DNA from: a virus
Taxonomy: Duplodnaviria > Caudoviricetes
IMG/VR virus record: IMGVR_UViG_3300032227_001426
Coordinates: 1-24,030 of that record
Length of the DNA: 24,030 nt
Direction: 5' to 3' (one strand)
Positions 6,906 to 15,975 of this stretch are shown here, piece after piece (position 1 is the first letter of the stretch; the number at the start of each line of letters is the position of its first letter). A program made the position numbers and the translations under genes. The notes beneath the pieces were generated by a model. The model was not told the DNA's origin and did no database searches. It saw only the letters and a list, made by a program, of their open reading frames with translations.

Positions 6906-9064
6906 TATATTTTCCTTGTTAGTAGTGATGCAGTGCCAGAAATAATCTGAGTTACGATTACGGCTGGAACTGCTGCTTGTTGTACTTTCTTGCGTGTTTC
7001 TGTTGTCATATCTGCACCAACATTTGCGATAGCAGTTATTGCTTTACTTGGGTCAGTAAATACTGCTGATAAAATTTCGGAGGGGGCTTCAAAAATTTCT
7101 AGAGCATCTGCAACATTTGCTGTCAGAACTACGCCATTTTCCAAAGTAATTGGTTGCTCTGGTGGAAGGTCTGAGTAATCCAACCCTGACTCAGCGAATA
7201 CATCAGCAGGGATTGCTGTATCTGCATATGCTTCAACAAGAACATCTGTTACTAGTTGCTTTTCTTCTTCTGACAACTGACCATCTGCTTGTAGGTCATC
7301 AACAAGATTTGTTACTTCTTCTTGACTAAGGTCTCCATCTAATAATAAATTATCAACAATTGCTTGAGTCTCTGCTTCAGAAATAACTCCATCAGATAAC
7401 GCATTATCTACAACAACTTGTTGCTCTTCCTGCGGAGTGATGGTAGGCTCGATAGTAGGTTCAACAATAGGAGTTGGTTCAGGTGAAGAAGTTACTACGG
7501 GCTTTGGGGACTCTTGTGACGTTGGGCTTTTGGATGGTTGTGGTTCAGGTTCTTTTGTTGGGGTCGCTGTGGGCGATACTGATGGTTCTATCGTCGGTGT
7601 GGGAGTAGGGCTAGGCTCAATGGTTTCTGTTGGGGTTGGAGTTGGCTCAATGGTTTCTGTTGGAGTTGGGGTAGGGCTTGGTTCAACTGTAGGACTTGGA
7701 GTCGGAGTTGGTTCTACATAATCAGGGTCGGTTTCGATAGTAAGAACTACTGAAAGATATTTGTATGTTCCGCCACAAGGGTCACCAAAAACTCCATTAT
7801 TTACATTAATACTAAGAATATTTTTAGATACTGCCTTAGTTACTAACTCTAAAGAACTTTTAGCATCGCATAAGCCATACTGATAATTGTTTGGCGTTCC
7901 ATAAGAAGCAAAAAGAATATCTTTAATCTTTTTTCCAATTGGTGCTGTGTATTCTAGATTCTGGTTTTCAGAATAAGTCAAAAAGATAGCATCTTCAGGG
8001 TAGACAATTACTACTGGTTCATCTGGGCATCGTTGATTCCACTCAACGTAAGAGCCGTCCCAGCAATGAACAGGAGGTGGAATTACTGGACAGACACCAT
8101 TCCATGGAACTACATCACCATTCCAACAAGTAATATCTGGTGGAGTTGGAGAGCACTCTGATTGGTAATGAACTGTGGAACCGTCCCAGCAGACAACTAC
8201 AGGTTCAGGAGAACAAGTACCATTCCATGGAACTGATGAGTCGTCCCAGCAGGTGATGTCTGGTGGAACTGGAGAACAAGTTTCATTCCAAGCAACCGTA
8301 GTTCCGTCCCAACAAACTTGAGGTGGTGGGGTAGGAAGACATTCATTTTCACCAAATACTACATTTGAATCCCAGCAAGTAAAGGTAGGAGTTGGGGTAG
8401 GAGTTGGGGTTGGTTCAGTAGGGGTTGGTGTTGGTGTAGGTTCGATAGGACAGACAGAAGTAAGAGGAATTACAGAGCCGTCCCAACAAGATTGCATCTC
8501 TACTGGACGACCACCGTTTACAGTAAACGCTTCAGAGATTGTTACTACATCTTGTCCAGAGATAAAACGAATACCTCGGCGGAGATTGTCTGGAATCCAT
8601 CCTGTTGTTTCAATAGTTCCTGACCAAGATGGAAGTTGAGATGTATCAACTGTTAATTTGATGATTGTAAACTCGCCACTATTTTGTGGGTATGGTCGAA
8701 CCATCCACTCCACACAAAAGCCTGATTCAGTTGCTCCATAACTTAAGTGACCGTCACCCCAAGTAACCCAATCCCATCCTGCTAAGGATATAGAAGGAGT
8801 ATTTGGATAACTACCAAATGTTGCATCAGGTGAGCCAAATGTAAGTGTTCCATTTGTAGTTGCATAAACAGTGTCGTAAGACGTATCACCAAGATTTATG
8901 TTGGTAGGAAGAAATATCTGATGTGCAACATCATCCTCGTTTGTCCAAGAAACTTGGTCGCAAGGTTGTTGAGATACTGTCGCATTTGCAGGTGTAATAG
9001 GAATAACTACAACAAAAAATAAAAGATAAAAGAATACGGGAATGACCCGAAGTAACTTACGCAA
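6905..9064 (-). CDS. Large secreted/membrane-anchored modular protein (signal peptide, NIDO-like domain, 7 CWD repeats, SUEL-type lectin domain, Pro/Thr stalk, C-terminal anchor)
   Basis: TTG start with GGAGG SD. Signal peptide ending ANA; VYATTNGTLTFG; seven CW[DN]-x9-C repeats; ILFASYGTP...VFGDPCGGTYKYL; EPTPT tracts; hydrophobic C-terminus ending RKI. Confidence 0.8.
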   Translation of the reverse strand: MRKLLRVIPVFFYLLFFVVVIPITPANATVSQQPCDQVSWTNEDDVAHQIFLPTNINLGDTSYDTVYATTNGTLTFGSPDATFGSYPNTPSISLAGWDWVTWGDGHLSYGATESGFCVEWMVRPYPQNSGEFTIIKLTVDTSQLPSWSGTIETTGWIPDNLRRGIRFISGQDVVTISEAFTVNGGRPVEMQSCWDGSVIPLTSVCPIEPTPTPTPTEPTPTPTPTPTFTCWDSNVVFGENECLPTPPPQVCWDGTTVAWNETCSPVPPDITCWDDSSVPWNGTCSPEPVVVCWDGSTVHYQSECSPTPPDITCWNGDVVPWNGVCPVIPPPVHCWDGSYVEWNQRCPDEPVVIVYPEDAIFLTYSENQNLEYTAPIGKKIKDILFASYGTPNNYQYGLCDAKSSLELVTKAVSKNILSINVNNGVFGDPCGGTYKYLSVVLTIETDPDYVEPTPTPSPTVEPSPTPTPTETIEPTPTPTETIEPSPTPTPTIEPSVSPTATPTKEPEPQPSKSPTSQESPKPVVTSSPEPTPIVEPTIEPTITPQEEQQVVVDNALSDGVISEAETQAIVDNLLLDGDLSQEEVTNLVDDLQADGQLSEEEKQLVTDVLVEAYADTAIPADVFAESGLDYSDLPPEQPITLENGVVLTANVADALEIFEAPSEILSAVFTDPSKAITAIANVGADMTTETRKKVQQAAVPAVIVTQIISGTASLLTRKI
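7614..7663. repeat. Coding direct repeat with 30-nt period (PTPTETIEP[TS])
   Basis: GGCTCAATGGTTTCTGTTGG at 7614-7633 and 7644-7663. Confidence 0.8.
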
Positions 9065-9084
9065 AGTAACCCCTCCAGCAAGGG

Positions 9085-9120
9085 TAGAAATATCCGTGTG
9101 TCGTCGGACTTATATTTCTA
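9085..9120. repeat. Inverted repeat immediately downstream of the serine recombinase gene
   Basis: Arms TAGAAATAT and ATATTTCTA flank an inner CCG...CGG dyad. Confidence 0.6.
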
Positions 9121-9122
9121 TT

Positions 9123-9785
9123 TTACAATGTTTTTTCATACGCTAGATAAGAATTTCTTACAGTTGCTGAGTACCACTTCTCTCCACCGTGTGCAGTTGG
9201 TATGCCTTCAGCATTTAATGCATTAGCAATCAATTGATAGGAAAGTCCAAGTTTTCTGTCGCGATAGATTCTTTCTCTGACTTCTAATTCAACAGCAGGT
9301 AATGGACCTAAATCAATTCCCCACTTTTTTCCATTACTTCTTCTATCACGATGAACATCTTTCTGTCGTTCGGAAATCATTCCACGTTCCATCTCCGCCA
9401 TAGCAGCCATAATGGTAACCACAAAACGACCCTGATGAGTTGCAGTATCAAGACCAAGGTCAAGCAAAGCCAAACGCCAACCATACTTATGAGAACGGTC
9501 AACAATACTGAGAAAGTCCTTAGTGGAGCGAGCAAGACGGTCAAGTCGTGTGACATAGATTGCCTGAGCCTTCCCTGCGTCTAGGTCATCTAGCGCATTT
9601 CTTAGTACTGGTCTTCCTTGAATACTCTTACCTGAACGACCTTCTTCTCTTAAAATTACTGGTTCGTAATCAGCAGCAAGTGCTGCGTATTCCATTTGCT
9701 TTACTTGAGCGTCAAGACTTATGCCATCATTGACCTGCATCTGGGTTGAGACGCGGGCATAGAGATAAGCAATACCGTTAGACAT
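9123..9785 (-). CDS. Serine recombinase (resolvase family) with short C-terminal recombinase/HTH domain
   Basis: YARVST catalytic Ser, SGKS...RP, RLDRLARS, AEMERGMISER helix E, IANALNAEGIPT...W. Confidence 0.92.
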   Translation of the reverse strand: MSNGIAYLYARVSTQMQVNDGISLDAQVKQMEYAALAADYEPVILREEGRSGKSIQGRPVLRNALDDLDAGKAQAIYVTRLDRLARSTKDFLSIVDRSHKYGWRLALLDLGLDTATHQGRFVVTIMAAMAEMERGMISERQKDVHRDRRSNGKKWGIDLGPLPAVELEVRERIYRDRKLGLSYQLIANALNAEGIPTAHGGEKWYSATVRNSYLAYEKTL

Positions 9786-10782
9786 CTAAGTCCTTAAGTG
9801 TCTTCTTAATATCTTCTTTGCTAATAGTTGCTACATAACAAGCAACATCAGAGCGACCAAAACTGATAACGTATCCGTTATCAGTCGGAGCCATGCCCGC
9901 TACAAAGTCGAAACCCTCTTTATCTGTCATAACAAACTTATCTGAGATTTTAATGATGTTGTAATCATTGTCCATCAAAACAAATCTATGAGAGTACTTA
10001 AGAACTTTTACTTTAGTTCCAAAACTTATTGGATTAAACTTGTCTATGTAGTAATGCTCTGCTTCATGGATGACTGCAATGTTTGTATTCTCATTAAAGG
10101 GAAGAACTTGGGAACCACCTCTGAATGATTTAGTTACTGGATGCTTTTCTTTGTGCAGAAACTTACTTCTAGAAATTAGAACATGAGAACTATGAATAAA
10201 ATCTATCTGTGTGTCGACTGAACTTTTATGGATTGGCATCCAGTTTTTCTCTGGAACATTTTCGTCTAGAGGTTCTAACATAGAGAAAGCAACAACTTTA
10301 GGATTCTCTAGAGACTCTAAAACTATTTTACAGATTTTTGCAATTCTAAATCCTTTTTCAAAAACTGTTGCAGTAATGCAGTAGTCGTATCCGTCCCAGA
10401 AAAGTCTAGGGTCTTCAACGTCTCTTTTAAGATAAGACTTTACTGATTTTGTATCAATCTGTTTTAGAGTGTCTTCTTCAAACTGCCAAGTGTTTTTGTT
10501 TAACTTAACTAGAAATAGTTTGTTTGCAGTGGTTGGTCCATTGAGACTTGTGTCAGTAAGTCTGATTGAACCAGTCTCTATAGAGAAGTAGTAGTTACTA
10601 GAGCGGAAAGCAAGCCAGTACTCTCCTTCGTTGGAAAGCATAATTGAAGAATTGAAAGCACTCCAGTTTTCATTATCAAGAGTTGCGTATCTTCTTTGGA
10701 AGATAACATCTCCATCAAGTTCAGAGATTGTCGGAAACATTAGGGTGCTACTCTTTCGTTTTCTAGGGATATTTGTGTTCAA
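9778..10782 (-). CDS. Five-bladed beta-propeller glycosidase-like protein (GH130/GH43-like fold), paralog 1
   Basis: Motifs FNSSI, VEDPRL, EKNWMP, RGGSQ, YSHRF, FVAG, SFG. Start uncertain (TTG 10782 or ATG 10740). Confidence 0.65.
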   Translation of the reverse strand: MNTNIPRKRKSSTLMFPTISELDGDVIFQRRYATLDNENWSAFNSSIMLSNEGEYWLAFRSSNYYFSIETGSIRLTDTSLNGPTTANKLFLVKLNKNTWQFEEDTLKQIDTKSVKSYLKRDVEDPRLFWDGYDYCITATVFEKGFRIAKICKIVLESLENPKVVAFSMLEPLDENVPEKNWMPIHKSSVDTQIDFIHSSHVLISRSKFLHKEKHPVTKSFRGGSQVLPFNENTNIAVIHEAEHYYIDKFNPISFGTKVKVLKYSHRFVLMDNDYNIIKISDKFVMTDKEGFDFVAGMAPTDNGYVISFGRSDVACYVATISKEDIKKTLKDLDV

Positions 10783-11479
10783 GTCTTTTCTTTATTACTT
10801 CCACTGCTACTGGATTTATATCGTTAGTTGCATATTTTCTACCCATTTGGTTTGCTACAAAAGCAGTAGAGCCACTTCCACCAAATGGGTCGACAACAAG
10901 GTCACCTTCGTCTGTGTGGACTGCTACAAAAGGCTTTATTAACTCTTCTGGTTTCTGATTAGGATAGCCAACTCGCTCTGGGGCTGTATTTGAGAGAGTT
11001 ATGTCCCAGACTGATGTTACTTTTTTCCCACCTTCGTATCCTCTTTTAGGGGCTTTTCTGTAAGTGGTAGGAACTCTATCCTCATAGAACCTTGGAGTTC
11101 CGCTCTTGCTAAACATGATAATAGTGTTGTGTTTATTTGCCCACCATTTAGTAGCACCTCTTCCAAGTCCAAATGTCCAGATAATCTCTCCATGTGGAAC
11201 TAAACCCTGCTCTAATAAAGCGCAGTATGTTTGATGCACCGCTCTATAGTCAAGACAAATGGCAAGTACACCGTCATTTGTAAGAATCCTCTTTGCTTGT
11301 TTACCAACTCTACTCAAAAGTTCTACGACTGACTCAACATTAGTGTCTCGATATTTTTTTCCTGTGGAGTAAGTAACTTGATATGAGTCTGTGCCAAAAG
11401 GTGGGTCAGTCCAAATAAGTTGAACTGAGTCATCCTCTAAAGACGAAAGGAACTCGACAGCATCTCTACAAGAAATCAA
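10763..11479 (-). CDS. Orphan DNA amino-methyltransferase (N6/N4, beta class)
   Basis: Motif IV TDPPF precedes motif I DPFGGSGS; ERVGYPNQKP. Confidence 0.9.
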   Translation of the reverse strand: MISCRDAVEFLSSLEDDSVQLIWTDPPFGTDSYQVTYSTGKKYRDTNVESVVELLSRVGKQAKRILTNDGVLAICLDYRAVHQTYCALLEQGLVPHGEIIWTFGLGRGATKWWANKHNTIIMFSKSGTPRFYEDRVPTTYRKAPKRGYEGGKKVTSVWDITLSNTAPERVGYPNQKPEELIKPFVAVHTDEGDLVVDPFGGSGSTAFVANQMGRKYATNDINPVAVEVIKKRLEHKYP

Positions 11480-12207
11480 GGTGCTACTCTCCCGTTTTCA
11501 ACAAATGACTTATGAGTTAGTGGCATAAGTTCAGCAAAGATTTTTTCGTACTTCTCCGCTACCATTTCAATCTCTCGCTGAGGGTAGGAGGGAAAGTGCG
11601 AGCCTTCAACACTTGTTCTCAGGGATAAGAAGTTCATCAGAGCGCGAGCGTTCATCGTGACGTATGCACTTGAGTAAATGTTGAGTGGAAGGATTCCTCT
11701 AGCCACTTCTCGTGCAACGCCAGCCTCAAGCATTCCGAGGTAAGAGTTGTATGATGCCTTGCAAGCAGACATATAGCCACCAAGAACACTTGCGTATTGG
11801 TAAGGACTACCCTCTTCAAATGTGTAAGAGCCAGCCTTGCCAACTTGAACAAGTTTTCTGTCTGCAGATGGAACGTAAAACTCTGGTGCTAGTTCCTTAT
11901 AGCGACCTGACTCTTCGTTGTAAGAAGCGATGCGATGTCGCATATGCTCACGCCATACAAAGATTGGAGCCTTGACGTAGAAAGTAAAGATGGAGTGCTC
12001 GAAGGGAGAGCCGTGACGCTCCCTAAGCAGGAAGTTGATTAGCCCTCCAATCTCTGTGCCCTCTTTCTTAGGGTTAAGACTTCCAACTCCAACAGTACTT
12101 ACTCTGGCGGATTGGGCAACGATTTCATCTGAAGCATTATGTTGAACAAGTTCTACCGTCATCTCACTGCTAAAGACAATATCTTTTAGTGTTCTTCTTT
12201 TTTCCAT
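11476..12207 (-). CDS. thyX: Flavin-dependent thymidylate synthase
   Basis: HGSPFEH, RHRIASYNEESGRY (RHR-x7-S), EVARGILP, NARALMNFLSLR. Confidence 0.95.
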   Translation of the reverse strand: MEKRRTLKDIVFSSEMTVELVQHNASDEIVAQSARVSTVGVGSLNPKKEGTEIGGLINFLLRERHGSPFEHSIFTFYVKAPIFVWREHMRHRIASYNEESGRYKELAPEFYVPSADRKLVQVGKAGSYTFEEGSPYQYASVLGGYMSACKASYNSYLGMLEAGVAREVARGILPLNIYSSAYVTMNARALMNFLSLRTSVEGSHFPSYPQREIEMVAEKYEKIFAELMPLTHKSFVENGRVAP

Positions 12208-12581
12208 ACAACCCTACTAATACCTGCTGAAGCGATAAGTTTTGAGCAACCAGCGCATGGTTGACCCGTAATATAAATAGTTGCTCCCTGAAGGTCGCTC
12301 CAGGAAGCCCGTAGAAGCGCGTTTGACTCTGCGTGGGTACTCCAACATAGGTCGTAATGACCCTTTGCGTGTTCTGAGTTAGCATCAAGTGCTCTTGGGC
12401 ATTGACCTGTAAGACCGCAGGAGCGTTTGTCACCTGCTGGAGTTCCATTATATCCAGTAGAGACAATCTTATGGTCTTTGACGATTACTGCTCCGTGTTG
12501 AGCGCGAACGCAATCTCCTCTAGCAGAAACTGCTAAAGCGATATCTAAGTAGTACTCGTCCCACGTTGGGCGCAGAATCAC
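12186..12581 (-). CDS. dCMP deaminase family protein
   Basis: RPTWDEYY, STGYNG, HAE and PCAGC Zn motifs. Confidence 0.92.
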   Translation of the reverse strand: MILRPTWDEYYLDIALAVSARGDCVRAQHGAVIVKDHKIVSTGYNGTPAGDKRSCGLTGQCPRALDANSEHAKGHYDLCWSTHAESNALLRASWSDLQGATIYITGQPCAGCSKLIASAGISRVVWKKEEH

Positions 12582-12790
12582 TTAACTGGCTTCAGACGCT
12601 CTGGTTCTGCGTAGTCAGACATGTATGGGTCGTCGTCGATTGAGTCGTAGCCCTTGACTAAGCCAATCAAACCCTTAGCAACGCTAATTACTAATGAGAT
12701 AGAAAGCATTGCAACCAGTGCAATAAGAGTCCATCCTCCGATAAAAGCAAAAATGTCTAACATCTTTGACATTGATAGTGAAATGTTCAT
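12578..12790 (-). CDS. Small membrane protein
   Basis: One long hydrophobic helix; GTGA overlap with the deaminase start. Confidence 0.65.
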   Translation of the reverse strand: MNISLSMSKMLDIFAFIGGWTLIALVAMLSISLVISVAKGLIGLVKGYDSIDDDPYMSDYAEPERLKPVK

Positions 12791-12798
12791 GTTTTTCC

Positions 12799-13275
12799 TT
12801 AAAATAGTCGTGAGTCTTTGTTACTACTTTCTAGATATTCAGCAATAACTTTGTATAGTCTAGCATCATCCCCTAGAAAACCAATACCAGAATTACATTT
12901 TCTACATAAAACCATGCGAATACATTTTCCACAGGTGTGCTGCTGTTTTGGAGGACAACAAGCATGGTCATGGTCTATAACTAAATCTTTAGTTGAATTA
13001 CAGAAAAAACAATTTAAAGGTAGTAAAGATATCTGTTCCATAGAAAGTTTATGATAATAACTTATTCTATAATGATATCCGCACATTCCTTTGGCAACAT
13101 GAGCATTACCGCAACTTGGGATATCGCACACTGTTCTTCCTTTTATTTGAATGGCAGGGTCACCAAGCAAACCTTTTCTTTTTAGACGAACATAGTGAGT
13201 CTGACAATATCCTTTTGCTGTATGTAGTTTTTCACAATTTTCTACAGAACATATGGGTTTCTTTTTCTTAGACAT
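12799..13275 (-). CDS. Endonuclease VII-type (His-Me finger) nuclease with two N-terminal C-x4-C...C-x2-HY Zn repeats; probable homing endonuclease
   Basis: IDHDHACC...CGKCIRMVLCRKCNSGIG; visibly AT-rich; own TATAAT 7 nt upstream of the ATG. Confidence 0.8.
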   Translation of the reverse strand: MSKKKKPICSVENCEKLHTAKGYCQTHYVRLKRKGLLGDPAIQIKGRTVCDIPSCGNAHVAKGMCGYHYRISYYHKLSMEQISLLPLNCFFCNSTKDLVIDHDHACCPPKQQHTCGKCIRMVLCRKCNSGIGFLGDDARLYKVIAEYLESSNKDSRLF

Positions 13276-13380
13276 GTTTAAAATTATACACCCTTTTTGA
13301 CAATTGTATTGTCTTAAACGTAAACACTTGAGTTTAAGTCTATACTGTAATTACGGTTCTTGCTGGGCAAAACGCCATGT

Positions 13381-13875
13381 TTATGCCTGTGGATAACTTT
13401 TTAGTGCGTGCAAGGGTACTCCCCAAGCATTGTGTCGTTCAATTCGCCACTCTGGATGTGAGATTACTTCATCAAAGCCTATTGCTCCAAGTATCTCGAA
13501 TTTAGTAAAGAACTCGTCATCGAGGCATCTAACTCCAAATATAACTTTACCTTCGTCTTTACTCCAGACTGAAATCCAATCTTGAGTCCGTACGGAGCGA
13601 ACTTCGATATTTCCGCCGACATCTGGCAATCTACCGCGCTGACCGTGCAAAGCGTTCGGATACCAAGGAACATTCATTGTGTAGTTGTACGCCTTAGCCA
13701 CAGCCCATTCTGAAAGGATTGTTCGGATACTCGCTAGAACTTCATGCTCTAGGACTCCTTCTTGCTTTCCTTTGGCGTAGTTAGGTCGGTCCTCACTCTC
13801 CCACTTTGCTAACCATCGCTTGAGGGCAATAGTTGAGTAAACATCTACTTCGTCTTTTGTCATTGTTACAATCAT
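13381..13875 (-). CDS. Hypothetical protein, possible PD-(D/E)XK nuclease fold
   Basis: Re-started at ATG 13875 (TAATG overlap with the upstream stop) instead of 14019. Pattern SEWAVAK...LPDVGGNIEVRS. Confidence 0.6.
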   Translation of the reverse strand: MIVTMTKDEVDVYSTIALKRWLAKWESEDRPNYAKGKQEGVLEHEVLASIRTILSEWAVAKAYNYTMNVPWYPNALHGQRGRLPDVGGNIEVRSVRTQDWISVWSKDEGKVIFGVRCLDDEFFTKFEILGAIGFDEVISHPEWRIERHNAWGVPLHALKSYPQA

Positions 13876-14984
13876 TATATCTCCGAAATCGATTTTTCCC
13901 GGCTCTCCCCGATATACTCGTGGGAAAAAGACCACCGATTTGGGTTGATAGTCCATCGGGTTTTGGTCGGGTCTTGTCCGTCTTTGCGTTTCATGTGGTT
14001 CTTTGATGTGGGCTTCCAAAGTGGGGATTGGTCACGGTAGCCACCAAGTCGGGGGTGGGAAGTCTTTGAGAAGTATCGCTTGCCATTATCGGTATAATGC
14101 TTTGCTACTGCCTCTGAAAGTTTCGGTCCAAAGCCTAATCCTTGATAGTCGGGCAGGATAACTAGCCTATGCTCCCTGTAAGCGTTCTGGACAGTGCCAG
14201 ACGGATACGCAAGGGACGAAGCAAAGCCAACTAACTGGTCGTCCCAGAATGCCACATAGCAGTGTGCTGACTTGTTGAGTGACTCTGAGAGGTAGTGGTG
14301 TGAAGCGAAGTGCTTCCAAACTTCGTTTGAGCAAGGATAAATTGAGAGATGTAGTTCAGGTCGTTGAAGCCACCTCCCGTTTGACCATTCACCACGGTCT
14401 GTGTCGATAACCCAATCAGGTTCAAGATACTCTAGAATGTCTCTATGACAAGTTGCTAAGACAATTCCTTTGAGGTTGTTTTTGCGGACGTAGCGAGCCA
14501 TAGCCGTAGATGCTGACTTGGCAACATTACGGTCAACAACAGAAGTGAATTCATCTATAATAGAGTTATTGCGAAGTGAGCGAGCAAGGTCAGCACGGAA
14601 CTTCTGCCCCGTAGAAAGCGCGTAGTAAGGCTTAATCCAATCTGGTACAGACATTAGACCTGCCGCTGAAAACCGCTCATTGGCTTCTACAGCGTTGTTG
14701 AAGTGCCAAGCAATAGACCTAAATGAGTTCCAGCGGTGCTTTTCAGGCTCTCCAAACTTCCTAAGCAACGTGGACTTACCAGTACCAGAAGCACCAACAA
14801 TGACACCAATAGAAAAGTCTTTGGGTAGGTCTTTAGGAATAAGGTACGGATAGAAGTTCTCTTCGCCGTCAGATTCGTAGTCAAATGGACGAATGAGTTC
14901 CTGAGTCAGATTGTCTATGCCAACGTGAGTGGTCATAGGATTTTCGCTCTTTGTAAGAGGCTTCCAGTCTTGGTCATTTGTCAT
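13875..14984 (-). CDS. ABC-type ATPase / GNAT acetyltransferase fusion
   Basis: Walker A GASGTGKS, signature LSTGQ, Walker B IIDEF, H-loop ATCH; GNAT motif A RLVILPDYQGLGFG; no TM segments. Confidence 0.88.
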   Translation of the reverse strand: MTNDQDWKPLTKSENPMTTHVGIDNLTQELIRPFDYESDGEENFYPYLIPKDLPKDFSIGVIVGASGTGKSTLLRKFGEPEKHRWNSFRSIAWHFNNAVEANERFSAAGLMSVPDWIKPYYALSTGQKFRADLARSLRNNSIIDEFTSVVDRNVAKSASTAMARYVRKNNLKGIVLATCHRDILEYLEPDWVIDTDRGEWSNGRWLQRPELHLSIYPCSNEVWKHFASHHYLSESLNKSAHCYVAFWDDQLVGFASSLAYPSGTVQNAYREHRLVILPDYQGLGFGPKLSEAVAKHYTDNGKRYFSKTSHPRLGGYRDQSPLWKPTSKNHMKRKDGQDPTKTRWTINPNRWSFSHEYIGESREKSISEI

Positions 14985-14990
14985 AAGAAA

Positions 14991-15036
14991 ATACTACGCC
15001 TGTCGTCGTGAGAAATCAATACGAGTATGTTAGCAT
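14991..15036. promoter_or_regulatory. Overlapping divergent leaderless promoters
   Basis: Minus: TTGATT (15019-15014), 17 nt, TAGTAT (14996-14991), 6 nt, ATG 14984. Plus: TGtTAGCAT (15028-15036), 6 nt, ATG 15043. Confidence 0.7.
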
Positions 15037-15042
15037 TGTCTC

Positions 15043-15825
15043 ATGCAGGATAATGAAACAGTATGTGTAACGTGGTGTCACCACGGTCAGGTAGATGCCT
15101 ACTTTGCTCACAGCATGATGGACTTGCTTCGTCAAGAGCCTGAGCGAATCAAGAACTTTAATAGTGTTCAAGGACTTGGGCTATTGGCTAAGAGCCGAAA
15201 CATTCAGGTTCAGTACTTCCTAAATCAAACAGATGATGATTGGCTATTCATCATGGACTCTGATGAGTACGTTACGCAGGATGCCTTCAACAAACTTGTA
15301 GATGCTGCTGATAAGGATTTGTATCCTATTGTCTCTGGTTTGTGTTTCGCTGCAACCTTCCCTCAACCAAACCAACTACAACCTGTTCCTGCCATCTTTA
15401 GGTTTGATGAGAATTTTGGTCTTGTGCCGTTCTTTGAGTACCCTAAGAACTCGTTGGTGGAGATTCACTCTGCTGGAACTGGCTGTCTGATGATTCATCG
15501 CTCTGTGTTGGAACATATGCAGAAGGCTTATGAGAAATTTACTGGTCCTGATTGGGCTTGGTTCCAAGATGGTCCAATTGAAAATGGTGATGGGATTGCT
15601 TGGCTTTCTGAGGACTTGATGTTCTCTAGGAGACTAAATGAACTTGGCTACAAACTTGTGGCTCACACAGGGGCTGTATTCCCGCACCACAAAGAGATGT
15701 GGTTAATGGAGTCACACTATGAAACTTGGTTTGCTCTAGAAAAAAATAAACTCGGATACCACAAAAATAATCCTTTTGATAAAACAAAGTTTGGACAGAA
15801 CAAGAACAAACGCAAAAAAAGGTAA
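15043..15825 (+). CDS. GT-A fold (family 2-like) glycosyltransferase
   Basis: SRN, WLFIMDSD (DxD), SAGTGCLMIHRSV, SEDLMF motifs. Confidence 0.85.
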   Translation: MQDNETVCVTWCHHGQVDAYFAHSMMDLLRQEPERIKNFNSVQGLGLLAKSRNIQVQYFLNQTDDDWLFIMDSDEYVTQDAFNKLVDAADKDLYPIVSGLCFAATFPQPNQLQPVPAIFRFDENFGLVPFFEYPKNSLVEIHSAGTGCLMIHRSVLEHMQKAYEKFTGPDWAWFQDGPIENGDGIAWLSEDLMFSRRLNELGYKLVAHTGAVFPHHKEMWLMESHYETWFALEKNKLGYHKNNPFDKTKFGQNKNKRKKR

Positions 15826-15938
15826 CAGTTTCTAGAAATCTATAATAGAAAACTGATTTTTCCAGACCTCACGGGATAAAACGGATAATAATTATCTTGG
15901 TAAGAACGCCGGGAAAAGATAATAAGTGGGGGTTGGAG

Positions 15939-15968
15939 TTGGCGTTTATCATACCTGTCTGGTAGACT
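15939..15968 (+). promoter_or_regulatory. Leaderless promoter for the transglycosylase gene
   Basis: TTGGCG, 18 nt, (TGg)TAGACT at 15963-15968, 7 nt, ATG 15976. Confidence 0.65.
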
Positions 15969-15975
15969 TGGACGT

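Noticed and set aside
13876-14019. N-terminal extension of ORF 13381..14019
   Set aside because: Overlaps the GNAT domain by 145 bp; TAATG coupling at 13875 is more plausible.
15826-15900. AT-rich palindromes (TTTCTAGAAA, GATAATAATTATC) and a TATAAT at 15841
   Set aside because: Short dyads are expected in AT-rich DNA; no recurrence or supporting -35 was found.
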